A DNA stretch of 64,000 nt from an uncultured Nitrospiraceae bacterium (lineage in GTDB: Bacteria; Nitrospirota; Thermodesulfovibrionia; Thermodesulfovibrionales; SM23-35): contig CAVRAA010000009.1 of assembly GCA_963718855.1 (NCBI GenBank), positions 430,014 to 494,013 of the forward strand, written 5' to 3'. This document shows, piece after piece, positions 17,458-26,432 of the stretch. Below the pieces are notes generated by a model that made no database searches, was not told where the DNA came from, and saw only the letters and a list, made by a program, of their open reading frames with translations. Position 1 is the stretch's first letter. Each line of letters starts with the position of its first letter. Made by a program: the position numbers and the translations under genes.

Positions 17458-18684
17458 TCACTCCGCCGCCGATTACGGTCTCCCCGTCATAGAAGACAGC
17501 GCTCTGGCCCGGTGCAGGCGCCCACTGAGAAGCATCAAACATGACTCGAACAACATCGATTGGTAATCCCCCCATCCCCCCTTTCCGCACCCCGGCGGAT
17601 TCGCAGAGGCGAAAGTAAAGTGGGGTGAGAGAGGATTTGCCTCTAAGAATAATGTCGCCGGTTCTTCCTTCATCGTTGAGCGAACCTTTACCGATGCTCT
17701 GAATGCCAAGCCTATTTCATCCGAACTTCCTAAGGATGGCACGAGGGGGTTAATCCAGTTGAGATCGCCAACGGAAAACTCTTTCTTCATTGCAGTATCG
17801 CGGGGACCTACGTATAGGGTGTTTGACGGGACATCGATATCGGCAACATAGAGCGGCTCTGGAGACGCGATACCCATCCCCTTTCTCTGGCCGATGGTAT
17901 ACCCGAATATTCCTTTATGAGTCCCTATCACTTTGCCATTCATATCGACAATCGGCCCCGGTTTTCCGGCAGCAGAAGCATGTTTCTCAATAAACGCAAG
18001 GTAGTTGTTGTCTTCTATAAAACATATTTCCTGGCTTTCAGTACTGTCTGCTGCAGGCAGCCTAAGTTGTTGTGCCAGTTGCCGGACCTCTTCTTTTTTA
18101 TAGAACCCCAGAGGCAATAACAGCCTTTTCAATTCTTCCTGTTGCAAGGCATACAGGAAATAGGACTGGTCCTTCTTCGGATCAATCCCTTTCTTAAGAA
18201 TGAAATAATGAGCAAGGCGTTCAAATCCCCCCTTACCCCCCTTTTCTAAAGGGGGGGCTGAACGGGTTAATTGATGGGTTGTTGTGGTCTCTGCTTCCAC
18301 TCTCGCATAATGTCCGGTTGCAATGAATTCAGCTCCCTGCTCGTCTGCCTTTGCTATAAGGTATGGGAACTTGATGAAGCGGTTGCAGAGTATGCATGGA
18401 TTCGGGGTCAGACCTTTCATGTATGCATCGATAAACGGTTCGATCACTTTTGTGTGAAAAGCATCCCTTACATCAATGGTACTGTGTGGTATGCCCAGTG
18501 CCCGTGCGTTTCTCGCCGCAGATTCGATTGAATCGAGGGAACAGCACAGTCTGCATGAAGTTTCCCCGCTTGCGTTCCGCATCAAAAACGAAACCCCCTC
18601 AACTTCATATCCCTGTTTTTTCAGGAGATATGCTGCTACAGAAGAATCCACCCCTCCGCTCATTCCAACAACAACCTTAGCCAT
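17447..18684 (-). CDS. mnmA: tRNA 2-thiouridine(34) synthase MnmA, reading frame broken near the 3' end by a repeat insertion
   Basis: PP-loop [10 protein letters not shown] and DQSYFLY are present. The conserved C-terminus ([34 protein letters not shown], stop at 17447) is in a different frame from the upstream part. The switch falls inside the repeat at about 17565-17640. Confidence 0.75.
17565..17640. repeat. G-rich hairpin repeat (KGGxGG family) inserted in the mnmA coding sequence, not a multiple of 3
   Basis: Minus-strand ...gcggaaaggggggatggggggatt. Related to 18222-18262 and 26358-26432. Translates as [13 protein letters not shown] in the ORF track. Confidence 0.5.
18222..18262. repeat. 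G-rich hairpin repeat (KGGxGG family) inserted in frame in mnmA
   Basis: Minus-strand cagccccccctttagaaaaggggggtaaggggggatttg. Adds about 20 aa ([14 protein letters not shown]) between the conserved ATGHYARV and KDQSYFLY blocks. Confidence 0.5.
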
Positions 18685-18701
18685 AGTAACAATATAACAG
18701 A

Positions 18702-18730
18702 TTGACCTGCTACCCTGTAATTATTACAAT
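18702..18730 (+). promoter_or_regulatory. candidate sigma70 promoter of aroK (TTGACC, 17 nt, TACAAT)
   Basis: -35 at 18702-18707, a 17-nt spacer, -10 at 18725-18730. The ATG at 18742 has no SD in between. Confidence 0.5.
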
Positions 18731-18741
18731 ACTCTTCAGCC

Positions 18742-19258
18742 ATGAAAAATATTGTCCTCACCGGCTTTATGGGAGCCGGCAAAACAGCTGTCGGAAAAGA
18801 GCTTGCTCATATCCTCGGCATAAAGCTCATCGATGTTGACACGGAGATAGAGAAATCTGAACAGATAACGATTAACGAGATTTTCAGTGAGTTCGGAGAG
18901 CCGAGGTTCAGGGAAATTGAAACGATGATGATAAAGACAGCTTGCCGCCGGGAAAAATCTCATCATCTCTACCGGAGGCGGTGCTGTCCTGAAGCAGGAA
19001 AATATGGATACACTGCGTGAAAACGGAGTCATTGTATGTCTCATGGCTTCACCCGAAACGATACTTAAGAGGACCAGCACGAGCAATGACAGGCCTCTGC
19101 TGAAGGTAGAAAACCCTTTAGAGAAAATCAACCAGCTTCTGACCTTCAGAAAGCCGTTTTACGAAAAAGCGGATATCATGATTGATACAGAGAATAAAAC
19201 TCCCCTGCAGATTGCAGAGGAAATCATTGGGAAAATCCGGGAGACAACTGCGGGATGA
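18742..19258 (+). CDS. aroK: shikimate kinase, split by a +1 frame change near 18934-18940
   Basis: ORF 18742-19020 carries the Walker A motif GFMGAGKT. ORF 19004-19258 carries the C-terminal half. In the second frame, AGKNLIISTGGGAVLKQENMDTLRENG reads through from 18938, restoring a normal AroK. Confidence 0.75.
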
Positions 19259-19260
19259 TC

Positions 19261-19315
19261 GTAGCCGCAGGCTTTAGCCTGCGTAGACCCTGCGCAAACT
19301 AAAGTTTGCGGCTAC
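19261..19315. repeat. REP family gtagccgcaggcYttagcctgcg...cgcaaactaaagtttgcggctac
   Basis: Two nested hairpins inside an outer gtagccgc/gcggctac stem. Further copies at 20525-20579 and, degenerate and inverted, at 34814-34868. Confidence 0.6.
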
Positions 19316-19385
19316 AATATATTAGGGTTAATAATCGCGGCAGACCAACCTGATCGGGGAATCCAGACATTAAGGGATATACACC

Positions 19386-20465
19386 ATGGAAAAAATAAGG
19401 GTTGAACTTGGGGAAAGAAGTTACGACATTATCATAGGGAGCAATATCCTCGATAACCTCGGAGAGAACCTCAAGGCATTAAACCTAAGCCCCAGAGCAG
19501 CCATTGTAAGCAACCCGACTGTATTTTCGCTCTATGGGGAACGTGTAGCAGAAGCTGTCAGAAAGTCGGGGTTCAATGTTGTAACGGTTACTGTCCCGGA
19601 CGGTGAGGAATATAAAGACCTCCTCCGGATACAGCAAATATATGATAACCTCCTTGCACACAAACTCGACAGGTCTTCAGCGCTGATCGCATTGGGTGGA
19701 GGGGTAATCGGCGACATGACCGGTTTTGCTGCATCCACCTATATGAGAGGGATTTCCTACATCCAGGTTCCTACCACGCTGCTTGCCCAGGTAGACAGTT
19801 CCGTCGGCGGCAAAACAGGGGTAAACCATAGTCTCGGGAAGAACATGATAGGGACGTTCTGGCAGCCGGGGCTCGTATGGATTGATGTGGAAACTCTGCA
19901 AACCTTGCCGAAAAGAGAAGTCCTGGCCGGCCTTGCCGAGGTGATCAAATACGGCATTATTTATGACAAAGGGTTGTTCGATTTTATCGAGACCAACAGG
20001 GACATGATTCTCAACCTCGACCATAATGCGCTGACTCACATCATCAAACGCTCATGCAAAATAAAGGCAGAAGTCGTAGCAAAGGATGAGAGAGAGTCGG
20101 GTTTACGGGCGATACTGAATTACGGACATACCATAGGACATGCAATAGAGACAGTTACCGGCTATACACACTTTCTCCACGGAGAGGCCGTCGCAATCGG
20201 GATGTACCGTGAGGCTGTGCTCTCTCACCTGCTCGGGTTTGTCGGGAAAGAGCAGGTTGTGAGAATTAAAACGGTGATAGACGCATTCGGCCTCCCCTCG
20301 GAAATGCCCCCGGAGGTCGGCGTCGACAGTTTGCTTGCCTCGATGCAGCTCGATAAAAAAACGGTTGCAGGTCAGTTGAAATTCATCCTCCCCGAGAAAA
20401 TAGGAGCTGTCCGCATACACAGGGGAATAAGTGAAAAGGCTATAAGAGAATCATTGCTATCCTGA
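19386..20465 (+). CDS. aroB: 3-dehydroquinate synthase
   Basis: 359 aa: GGGVIGDMTGFAA, VPTTLLAQVDSSVGGKTG, and the metal ligand context GHTIGHAIE ... HGEAVAIG. Confidence 0.9.
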   Translation: MEKIRVELGERSYDIIIGSNILDNLGENLKALNLSPRAAIVSNPTVFSLYGERVAEAVRKSGFNVVTVTVPDGEEYKDLLRIQQIYDNLLAHKLDRSSALIALGGGVIGDMTGFAASTYMRGISYIQVPTTLLAQVDSSVGGKTGVNHSLGKNMIGTFWQPGLVWIDVETLQTLPKREVLAGLAEVIKYGIIYDKGLFDFIETNRDMILNLDHNALTHIIKRSCKIKAEVVAKDERESGLRAILNYGHTIGHAIETVTGYTHFLHGEAVAIGMYREAVLSHLLGFVGKEQVVRIKTVIDAFGLPSEMPPEVGVDSLLASMQLDKKTVAGQLKFILPEKIGAVRIHRGISEKAIRESLLS

Positions 20466-20524
20466 AGAACGCTCGTCGAACAATATCAATGAATTACCTG
20501 CAGCGTGCAGACTGTCCGTCAATG

Positions 20525-20579
20525 GTAGCCGCAGGCTTCAGCCTGCGCAAATACAACGCAAACTAAAGTTTGCGGCTAC
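20525..20579. repeat. second copy of the gtagccgcaggc...gcggctac REP
   Basis: gtagccgcaggcttcagcctgcgcaaatacaacgcaaactaaagtttgcggctac. Confidence 0.6.
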
Positions 20580-20595
20580 ATTATGGGGAACCCTG

Positions 20596-21591
20596 CTAAT
20601 CGAGAATCAGATGCAGCAGCTTGCAGATGATCCATGCAAGGATAAGGCATGCGGGAAGTGTAAGAAACCAGGCTAATACGATACTCTTGCCTATCCCCCA
20701 CCTTACTGCAGAAAACCTCTTCGACGCACCAACCCCCATTATCGTGGATGAAATAACATGGGTGGTTGACAAAGGAAGCCCTATTCTTGATGCAACTTCT
20801 ATTACTGTAGCGGCGGCAGTCTCTGCAGCAAACCCATGAATCGGCCTGAGTTGCACAAGCTTTACCCCGAGGGTCTTGATGATTCTCCACCCTCCTGCTG
20901 CGGTACCGAACGCCATCGCTGTCGCGCAGAGTACGATGACCCAGATCGGGACATGAAAATCAGGGAGGTGGTAATAACTGACCAGCGCCATTGTTATGAT
21001 ACCCATTGTTTTCTGGGCATCGTTGCTGCCGTGGCTGAATGCCATATAGGCTGCAGACACGATCTGAAGCCTTCCAAAAATATTACTGACTAATGTCGGT
21101 GTGGATTTTTTGAAAAGCCACATGAGAAAGTACATCAATAAAATACTCAAGGCAAACCCGATGAGAGGAGAGAGGAACAGCCCTATGAGGACCTTATACA
21201 CCCCTTTCGAAATAATAACGCTGAATCCTGATGTGGCAATTGCCGCGCCAACCACACCCGACAGGATCGCATGGCTTGAAGAGGTGGGAAGCCCGAGATA
21301 CCATGTGATTAAATCCCAGACAATGGCAGCTATCAAGGCGGCAATAATGGTGACCTGTGTAATAGAAACAGCCTGAACAAGACCGGATCCTACGGTTTTT
21401 GCAACTGCTGTGCCTGACAGCGCACCCACCATATTTAATCCAGCTGCCATTAAGACGGCAACCTTAGGCGTTAGAACCCTCGTGGATACTGATGTGGCAA
21501 TCGCATTCGCGGTATCGTGAAAGCCATTGATAAAATCGAAAATAAGGGCAAGGACGATAACGCAGAGGAGTAAGAAAAATGTTTCAGGCAT
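20596..21591 (-). CDS. pit: inorganic phosphate transporter, PiT family
   Basis: 331 aa, polytopic. Duplicated GFHDTANAIATSV / GSNDAQKTMGII signature of PiT/PHO4 carriers. Confidence 0.9.
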   Translation of the reverse strand: MPETFFLLLCVIVLALIFDFINGFHDTANAIATSVSTRVLTPKVAVLMAAGLNMVGALSGTAVAKTVGSGLVQAVSITQVTIIAALIAAIVWDLITWYLGLPTSSSHAILSGVVGAAIATSGFSVIISKGVYKVLIGLFLSPLIGFALSILLMYFLMWLFKKSTPTLVSNIFGRLQIVSAAYMAFSHGSNDAQKTMGIITMALVSYYHLPDFHVPIWVIVLCATAMAFGTAAGGWRIIKTLGVKLVQLRPIHGFAAETAAATVIEVASRIGLPLSTTHVISSTIMGVGASKRFSAVRWGIGKSIVLAWFLTLPACLILAWIICKLLHLILD

Positions 21592-22201
21592 TTTTGAGGA
21601 CTATCGCTTCCAGTATGTTGGCAACATCCTCACATTTGTCTGATGCGTCTTCGAGGTGTTCATAAATCTCTTTCCATTTAATAATGAGGATTGGGTCTTT
21701 TATTTCTTCAAACAAATGTCCGAGGGCGTCTCTGAACCCTCTGTCTATCCTGTTTTCGAGCTTATTGATCTCGATGCAGTATTCCTGGATATGGGAGTAA
21801 TTCTTTTCTCTCAGTTTCTTTATCGCCTTTTCAACAAACTCAACGGTTGTAAGGAGGTCCTTCGACATGGTAATCGCCCATTTCGTTGATTCCTTCAATT
21901 TAAATACCGTGAGCCTGTCGGCTGCGCCCCAGATAAGGTCAAGGATATCGTCTATTGATGAGGCAAGGGAATGAATGTCTTCCCTGTCTATGGGGGTTAC
22001 GAATGTCTTATTCAGTTTTTTGATGATATCATGGGTAAGAACGTCGCCGTCCTGCTCCAGTTCATGTATCTCTCTTGCCCAGGCATCCAGCGTAGTGAAA
22101 TGCTCCATAATGCCGACCAGGAGGGTTGCCGCATGGGTCACATTTGCCGCAGCATTCTCAAAAATCACAAAAAAATCTGTTTCTTTCGGAAATATTTTCA
22201 T
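21584..22201 (-). CDS. DUF47-family PhoU-like protein (Pit accessory / phosphate transport regulator)
   Basis: 205 aa, helical: E..GD.+.H.I...L...F+TP+DRED. Overlaps the pit start by 8 nt. Confidence 0.8.
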   Translation of the reverse strand: MKIFPKETDFFVIFENAAANVTHAATLLVGIMEHFTTLDAWAREIHELEQDGDVLTHDIIKKLNKTFVTPIDREDIHSLASSIDDILDLIWGAADRLTVFKLKESTKWAITMSKDLLTTVEFVEKAIKKLREKNYSHIQEYCIEINKLENRIDRGFRDALGHLFEEIKDPILIIKWKEIYEHLEDASDKCEDVANILEAIVLKNA

Positions 22202-22236
22202 TACTTGCCTATTTAAGTACCTTAGAATATATAAAA

Positions 22237-22254
22237 ATTGATTTTAAAGTCAAT
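22237..22254. promoter_or_regulatory. 18-bp near-perfect palindrome ATTGATTTTAAAGTCAAT in the pit / phoB divergent intergenic region
   Basis: One non-complementary pair in nine (hand count). Lies between the two divergent starts at 22201 and 22307. Confidence 0.3.
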
Positions 22255-22270
22255 AAATGAACTCTTATCG

Positions 22271-22300
22271 TTGCATTAGAATAAAAAATAATGCTATAAG
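22271..22300 (+). promoter_or_regulatory. candidate phoB promoter (TTGCAT, 18 nt, TATAAG) abutting the start codon
   Basis: -10 at 22295-22300, then 6 nt, then ATG at 22307. No SD. Confidence 0.45.
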
Positions 22301-22306
22301 TAGTAT

Positions 22307-23005
22307 ATGGATGCACCGATACATATCCTTGTTGTCGATGATGAGGCCGACCTTTTAGAACTGGTATCGTATAACCTCAGGAAAGAGGGCTTCATTGTTG
22401 ATACCGCCGCTGACGGGGAGAAAGCTCTCAGTCAGATAAAGAAAGGCGCCTTTGCCTTATTGATCCTCGACCTTATGCTCCCGGGAATTCAGGGCATGGA
22501 ACTCTGCCGCATCGTGAGAAATGATCCGAAAACTGCCCGCCTGCCTATTATCATGCTGACCGCAAAAGGCGAGGAAGTCGACAGGGTATTGGGTCTTGAG
22601 ATGGGGGCCGACGATTATATGTCAAAACCCTTCAGCCCGAGGGAACTGATCGCACGGGTAAAAGCAGTCCTGCGGAGGTCAGTCGAAAAACCATTTTCAG
22701 AAAAGATCCTGAAGGTCGGCGAACTTGAAATCGACAGGGAACGGTATACTGTTTCCCTCAAAGGAGAGCCGGTAAAACTGAGCGCAACAGAATTCAAGCT
22801 GCTCCTTTTTCTCGCTGAACGAAAAGGTAAAGTCTTCAGCAGGGATCAGCTTCTTGACGCAGTATGGCGGGATGAGGCCTTTGTCGAGCCGAGGACAGTC
22901 GATGTGCACGTCAGGAGGTTACGGTCCCAGATCGAAGATGACCCTGCGCACCCCAGATACGTTAAAACAATGCGCGGCATCGGCTACTCATTCAGTGAAA
23001 AATAA
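22307..23005 (+). CDS. phoB: OmpR-family response regulator, PhoB-like (canonical receiver)
   Basis: VVDDE, ILDLMLPG, MLTAK and SKPF are all present. Winged-helix C-terminus RTVDVHVRRLR ... MRGIGYSF. Translationally coupled to the kinase (ATGA overlap). Confidence 0.85.
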   Translation: MDAPIHILVVDDEADLLELVSYNLRKEGFIVDTAADGEKALSQIKKGAFALLILDLMLPGIQGMELCRIVRNDPKTARLPIIMLTAKGEEVDRVLGLEMGADDYMSKPFSPRELIARVKAVLRRSVEKPFSEKILKVGELEIDRERYTVSLKGEPVKLSATEFKLLLFLAERKGKVFSRDQLLDAVWRDEAFVEPRTVDVHVRRLRSQIEDDPAHPRYVKTMRGIGYSFSEK

Positions 23006-24792
23006 TGAAACATGTCCTTTTCAGGAGGATTTTTCTCGCCTATCTCATCACAGCCCCCCTCCTTCTTCTGTTTCTTGAGCTGTATCTCTCAAGCTCTATA
23101 AAAGACAACTACATAGCAAACCTCAGATCGGGGCTTATAATACAGGCAAGCCTGATCGCCGACCAGATACCGACTGCCTCTCCGGCTGACCTTGACGATT
23201 TCTGCAAACGATTCAAAGAAAAAACAGACGCACGGATTACCATCATCGACGATTCAGGCCGTGTTCTGGGAGACTCCGACGAACCATCCGTAATGATGGA
23301 GAACCACTCCGACCGGCCTGAAATTAAGGAAGCCGCCATCAGCGGCGTGGGGACCTCCATCAGGCGAAGCAAGACCCTGCAGAAGGACCTCTTCTATCTC
23401 GCTGTCTCGACCACACAGGATTCACGGGAAAGGTTCCTGCGCCTGTCTATCCCCCTGCATGACGTAGAGAATGCCATGAATACGATACGGTTCAGGATAA
23501 TCATCGCTTCCCTGGCAGTCTCGTTCGTGGTCATCGTATTTGGGCTCATTCAGGTGAGAAGGATCACAAAATCGATCGAGGAAATCACCGACTTTTCGAA
23601 AGAGGTTGCTGCCGGCAATTTCAAAAGAAGATTATTGCTTGCGGGAAAAGACGAACTTGGTGAACTGGGGAAGAACATCAGTAATATGGCCAGGGAATTA
23701 CACGAAAGGCTCACCCTGAGCGAAGAAGAAAAACGCAGGTTCGAAGCGATCCTCAAAAATATGTCGGACGGGCTCATTCTGGCCGACACAAAAGGGAAGA
23801 TTATCCTCGTGAATGACGCCTTGAAGAATCTCTTCGGCATCCCGCACGCCATTGAAGGCAAAACAGTCATGGAAGCCCTGCGAAAAGGAGAACTGATGGA
23901 AGTCATCGAGGAAGTCGCAATAAGCAGGGAAAGAATATCGCGCGGAATAGAGATAGCCACCCCGAGAGATCTCTATCTCCTGATGACCGCCGCCCCATTC
24001 TACTCTCAGGACTTTGGAGGGGATTTATCCGGAATCGTTCTGACATTTCATGATATTACGAGGCTCAAGAAACTCGAAGAGGTGAGAAAGGATTTTGTCG
24101 CGAATGTCTCCCATGAGATAAAGACCCCCATCACTGCGATAAAAGGCTTTGCCGAAACACTCATCGAGGGCGCGCTCGACGATAAAGAAAACGCGAAGAA
24201 GTTTCTTGAAACGATCAAGAACCACAGCGAACGTTTGAATTCTCTCGTGAGCGATCTTCTGACCCTCTCAGGCATAGAACTCGGGGACATCCAGATAGCG
24301 AAACAGGACGTCAATATTGAGGAAGTGATCGATTCTGTTTTTACCACCCTCGGAGAAAAGGCGCGGAGCAAGGGATTGTATCTCAAAAAACAGATTGCAG
24401 CGGAGATCAGCGTCATGAGAGCGGACAGGGACAGATTGATACAGATACTGCTGAACCTGGCTGATAACGGCATCAAGTTTACGGAAAAAGGTGGGATAAC
24501 AATAGGAGTGAAAAGTGAAAAGTTGAAAGTTGAAAGTGAAGGAGAAAAAGACTTCATTCAACTGACTGTGAACGATACCGGAACCGGCATCCCCCAAAAA
24601 CACCTCTCCCGTCTCGGGGAGCGTTTCTATAGAGTCGACCGGGCGCGCTCAAGAGAGCTCGGGGGAACAGGCCTCGGACTCGCGATCGTCAAGCATCTCG
24701 TAAAGGCGCATGGCTGGGAAATGAAAATCGAAAGTGAAGAGGGGAAAGGCACAGCAGTACATATTCTCTGTCCCATCAAGGAAACAGCATAA
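23005..24792 (+). CDS. phoR: sensor histidine kinase, PhoR-like (2 TM + extracytoplasmic domain, HAMP, PAS, HisKA, HATPase_c)
   Basis: H-box FVANVSHEIKTP, N-box NLADNGIKFT, G1 DTGTGI, G2 GGTGLGLAIV. Confidence 0.85.
   Translation: MKHVLFRRIFLAYLITAPLLLLFLELYLSSSIKDNYIANLRSGLIIQASLIADQIPTASPADLDDFCKRFKEKTDARITIIDDSGRVLGDSDEPSVMMENHSDRPEIKEAAISGVGTSIRRSKTLQKDLFYLAVSTTQDSRERFLRLSIPLHDVENAMNTIRFRIIIASLAVSFVVIVFGLIQVRRITKSIEEITDFSKEVAAGNFKRRLLLAGKDELGELGKNISNMARELHERLTLSEEEKRRFEAILKNMSDGLILADTKGKIILVNDALKNLFGIPHAIEGKTVMEALRKGELMEVIEEVAISRERISRGIEIATPRDLYLLMTAAPFYSQDFGGDLSGIVLTFHDITRLKKLEEVRKDFVANVSHEIKTPITAIKGFAETLIEGALDDKENAKKFLETIKNHSERLNSLVSDLLTLSGIELGDIQIAKQDVNIEEVIDSVFTTLGEKARSKGLYLKKQIAAEISVMRADRDRLIQILLNLADNGIKFTEKGGITIGVKSEKLKVESEGEKDFIQLTVNDTGTGIPQKHLSRLGERFYRVDRARSRELGGTGLGLAIVKHLVKAHGWEMKIESEEGKGTAVHILCPIKETA
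24508..24542. repeat. GAAAAGT/TGAAAGT heptamer tract lying in frame inside the phoR ATP-binding domain
   Basis: gtgaaaagtgaaaagttgaaagttgaaagtgaagg encodes VKSEKLKVESEG between the N-box and G1-box. It is the same unit type as the arms at 2598-2632, 3013-3042 and 4632-4714. Confidence 0.55.
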
Positions 24793-24826
24793 GTCACCTG
24801 ATTGTCTCATTCTTTCCATAATGCAG

Positions 24827-24881
24827 TGTAACCGAAATTTAATCTTCCCTTAATATTCCTGTAACATTCCTACAGTAAATT
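24827..24881 (+). promoter_or_regulatory. Pho-box-like array, 4-5 half-sites in 11-bp register (TGTAAC, TTTAAT, CTTAAT, TGTAAC, TACAGT)
   Basis: Half-sites start at 24827, 24838, 24849, 24860 and 24871. A TAAATT -10 candidate follows at 24876-24881. Confidence 0.55.
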
Positions 24882-25006
24882 AATTCAATGCATTTTTGGT
24901 GCTCATTGCGGAAAACGATAAACCAATTACGACATCCAAAGATACATCATTGAGCGTAAAAGTTAATGCAATGGCATTAATAACTTATTCAGAAGGAGGA
25001 AAGAGG

Positions 25007-26164
25007 ATGAAGAGAAAGTTTTCAGTATTCGCAGTAATCCTGTGCTGCATGACGTTGTTGATAAGTTCATCAATAGTGTCGGCCGCAGAGGAAAAGGCAG
25101 TGGAGCAGACAGATATCGATAAGGTTGTCAAGGCGTTGAAAGGGTTCAAATTCGGAATGTTATATTATCTGTCGTACCAGAATGGGGAGACGGGGGACCT
25201 GGATAACGGCACAGGCTACAGCCAGTTCACCATCAAAAGAGGATATTTCAGGGTAACAAAGGAAATTCTTCCCTGGTTCGATGCGCACGTAACGTTCGAT
25301 GTGACTACAATCAAGGATCCGGAAGATGTAGGTGATCCCGCGAACAATTACGACGGGTCTATCGCCGTGAGGATCAAATATGCATACGGCAAAATCAAGC
25401 TTCCCGACTTCGCTTTCTTCACCAAGCCGTTCGTCGAAGTCGGCGTGGTCCATATGCCATGGCTCGACTTCGAAGAGCATATCAACATGTACCGGGCCCA
25501 GGATACGATGTTTATGGAAAGAAACAGCCTCTTCAATTCCGCAGACCTCGGCGTTACCTTCGTCTCTCTCTTCGGCGGAGAAATGCCCAAGGAATATCAG
25601 GAGAAGGTGAGCAGTTATTATCCGGGACGTTATGGAAGCATGTCCGTTGGAATTTACAACGGCGCAGGATATCATGCATCGGAAAAGAATCAGAACAAGC
25701 CTGTTGAGGCGCGGCTGACAGTAAGGCCCCTACCTGACATCGTTCCCGGTCTCCAGCTCTCTTATTTCGGTCTCTGGGGGAAAGGCAATAAAGATACCGA
25801 TCCGGACTGGACTGTGAATAACGGAATGGTGAGCTTTGAGCATGAATATGTTGCAGTGGCCGGACAGTATTACGAGGGCAAAGGCAATCAGAAGGGCGAC
25901 GACGAATTCGACAAAGACGGATATTCGATCTTCGCGGAAATTAAACCGCTCAATAAATTCAGCATCATCGGCCGTTATGACCAATTTGATCCGAACGACG
26001 ATGCCGACGACGATGAGAACACGCGTTATATCATCGGCGCCGCATACCACATAGACAAACGGCACAAGAATATGGTCATTCTTGATTATGATACCGTCGA
26101 TTATGAGCAGAAAGATAAAACCGACGATAAAAGAATACAGCTGACATTACAGGTAGCTCTTTAA
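25007..26164 (+). CDS. outer-membrane beta-barrel porin (possibly phosphate-selective OprO/P type, from context)
   Basis: Start moved to MKRKFSVFAVILC (signal peptide, AGGAGGA upstream). Alternating beta-strand pattern, many D/N/G turns, C-terminal strand QLTLQVAL. Lies directly downstream of phoBR. Confidence 0.55.
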   Translation: MKRKFSVFAVILCCMTLLISSSIVSAAEEKAVEQTDIDKVVKALKGFKFGMLYYLSYQNGETGDLDNGTGYSQFTIKRGYFRVTKEILPWFDAHVTFDVTTIKDPEDVGDPANNYDGSIAVRIKYAYGKIKLPDFAFFTKPFVEVGVVHMPWLDFEEHINMYRAQDTMFMERNSLFNSADLGVTFVSLFGGEMPKEYQEKVSSYYPGRYGSMSVGIYNGAGYHASEKNQNKPVEARLTVRPLPDIVPGLQLSYFGLWGKGNKDTDPDWTVNNGMVSFEHEYVAVAGQYYEGKGNQKGDDEFDKDGYSIFAEIKPLNKFSIIGRYDQFDPNDDADDDENTRYIIGAAYHIDKRHKNMVILDYDTVDYEQKDKTDDKRIQLTLQVAL

Positions 26165-26192
26165 GCCAAATAAAGAGCTTGCTACCCCTCTG

Positions 26193-26222
26193 CCCTCCCG
26201 CCCCCCGGGAGGGTTTTTTTTT
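26193..26222 (+). terminator. rho-independent terminator after the porin gene
   Basis: 8-bp GC stem ccctcccg/cgggaggg, 5-nt loop, then 9 T. Confidence 0.75.
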
Positions 26223-26357
26223 CATGAGCATTAAGAAAAGGTGGGGTCTCAATTTCTGAAGCCGGATCACGGATAATCCCGACGAGGCTGCAGACGAAGC
26301 GGAAGCCTCGCCTCCGAATTATCAAGGCGTTCATAAGTATGAAGACATTGATTATGA

Positions 26358-26432
26358 AATCCCTCCTAACCTCCCTTTGCCAAAGGGAGGAAATACGCCC
26401 CTCTTTGGCAAAGAGGGGATGGGGAGATTTTT
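26358..26432. repeat. double hairpin of the KGGxGG repeat family
   Basis: ctccctttgccaaagggag and cccctctttggcaaagagggg, followed by atggggagattt. Underlies the spurious ORF 26352-26711. Confidence 0.5.

Noticed and set aside
24896-25006. Upstream start of the porin ORF (GTG 24896).
   Set aside because: There is no signal peptide from that start. ATG 25007 has AGGAGGA upstream and a typical signal sequence.
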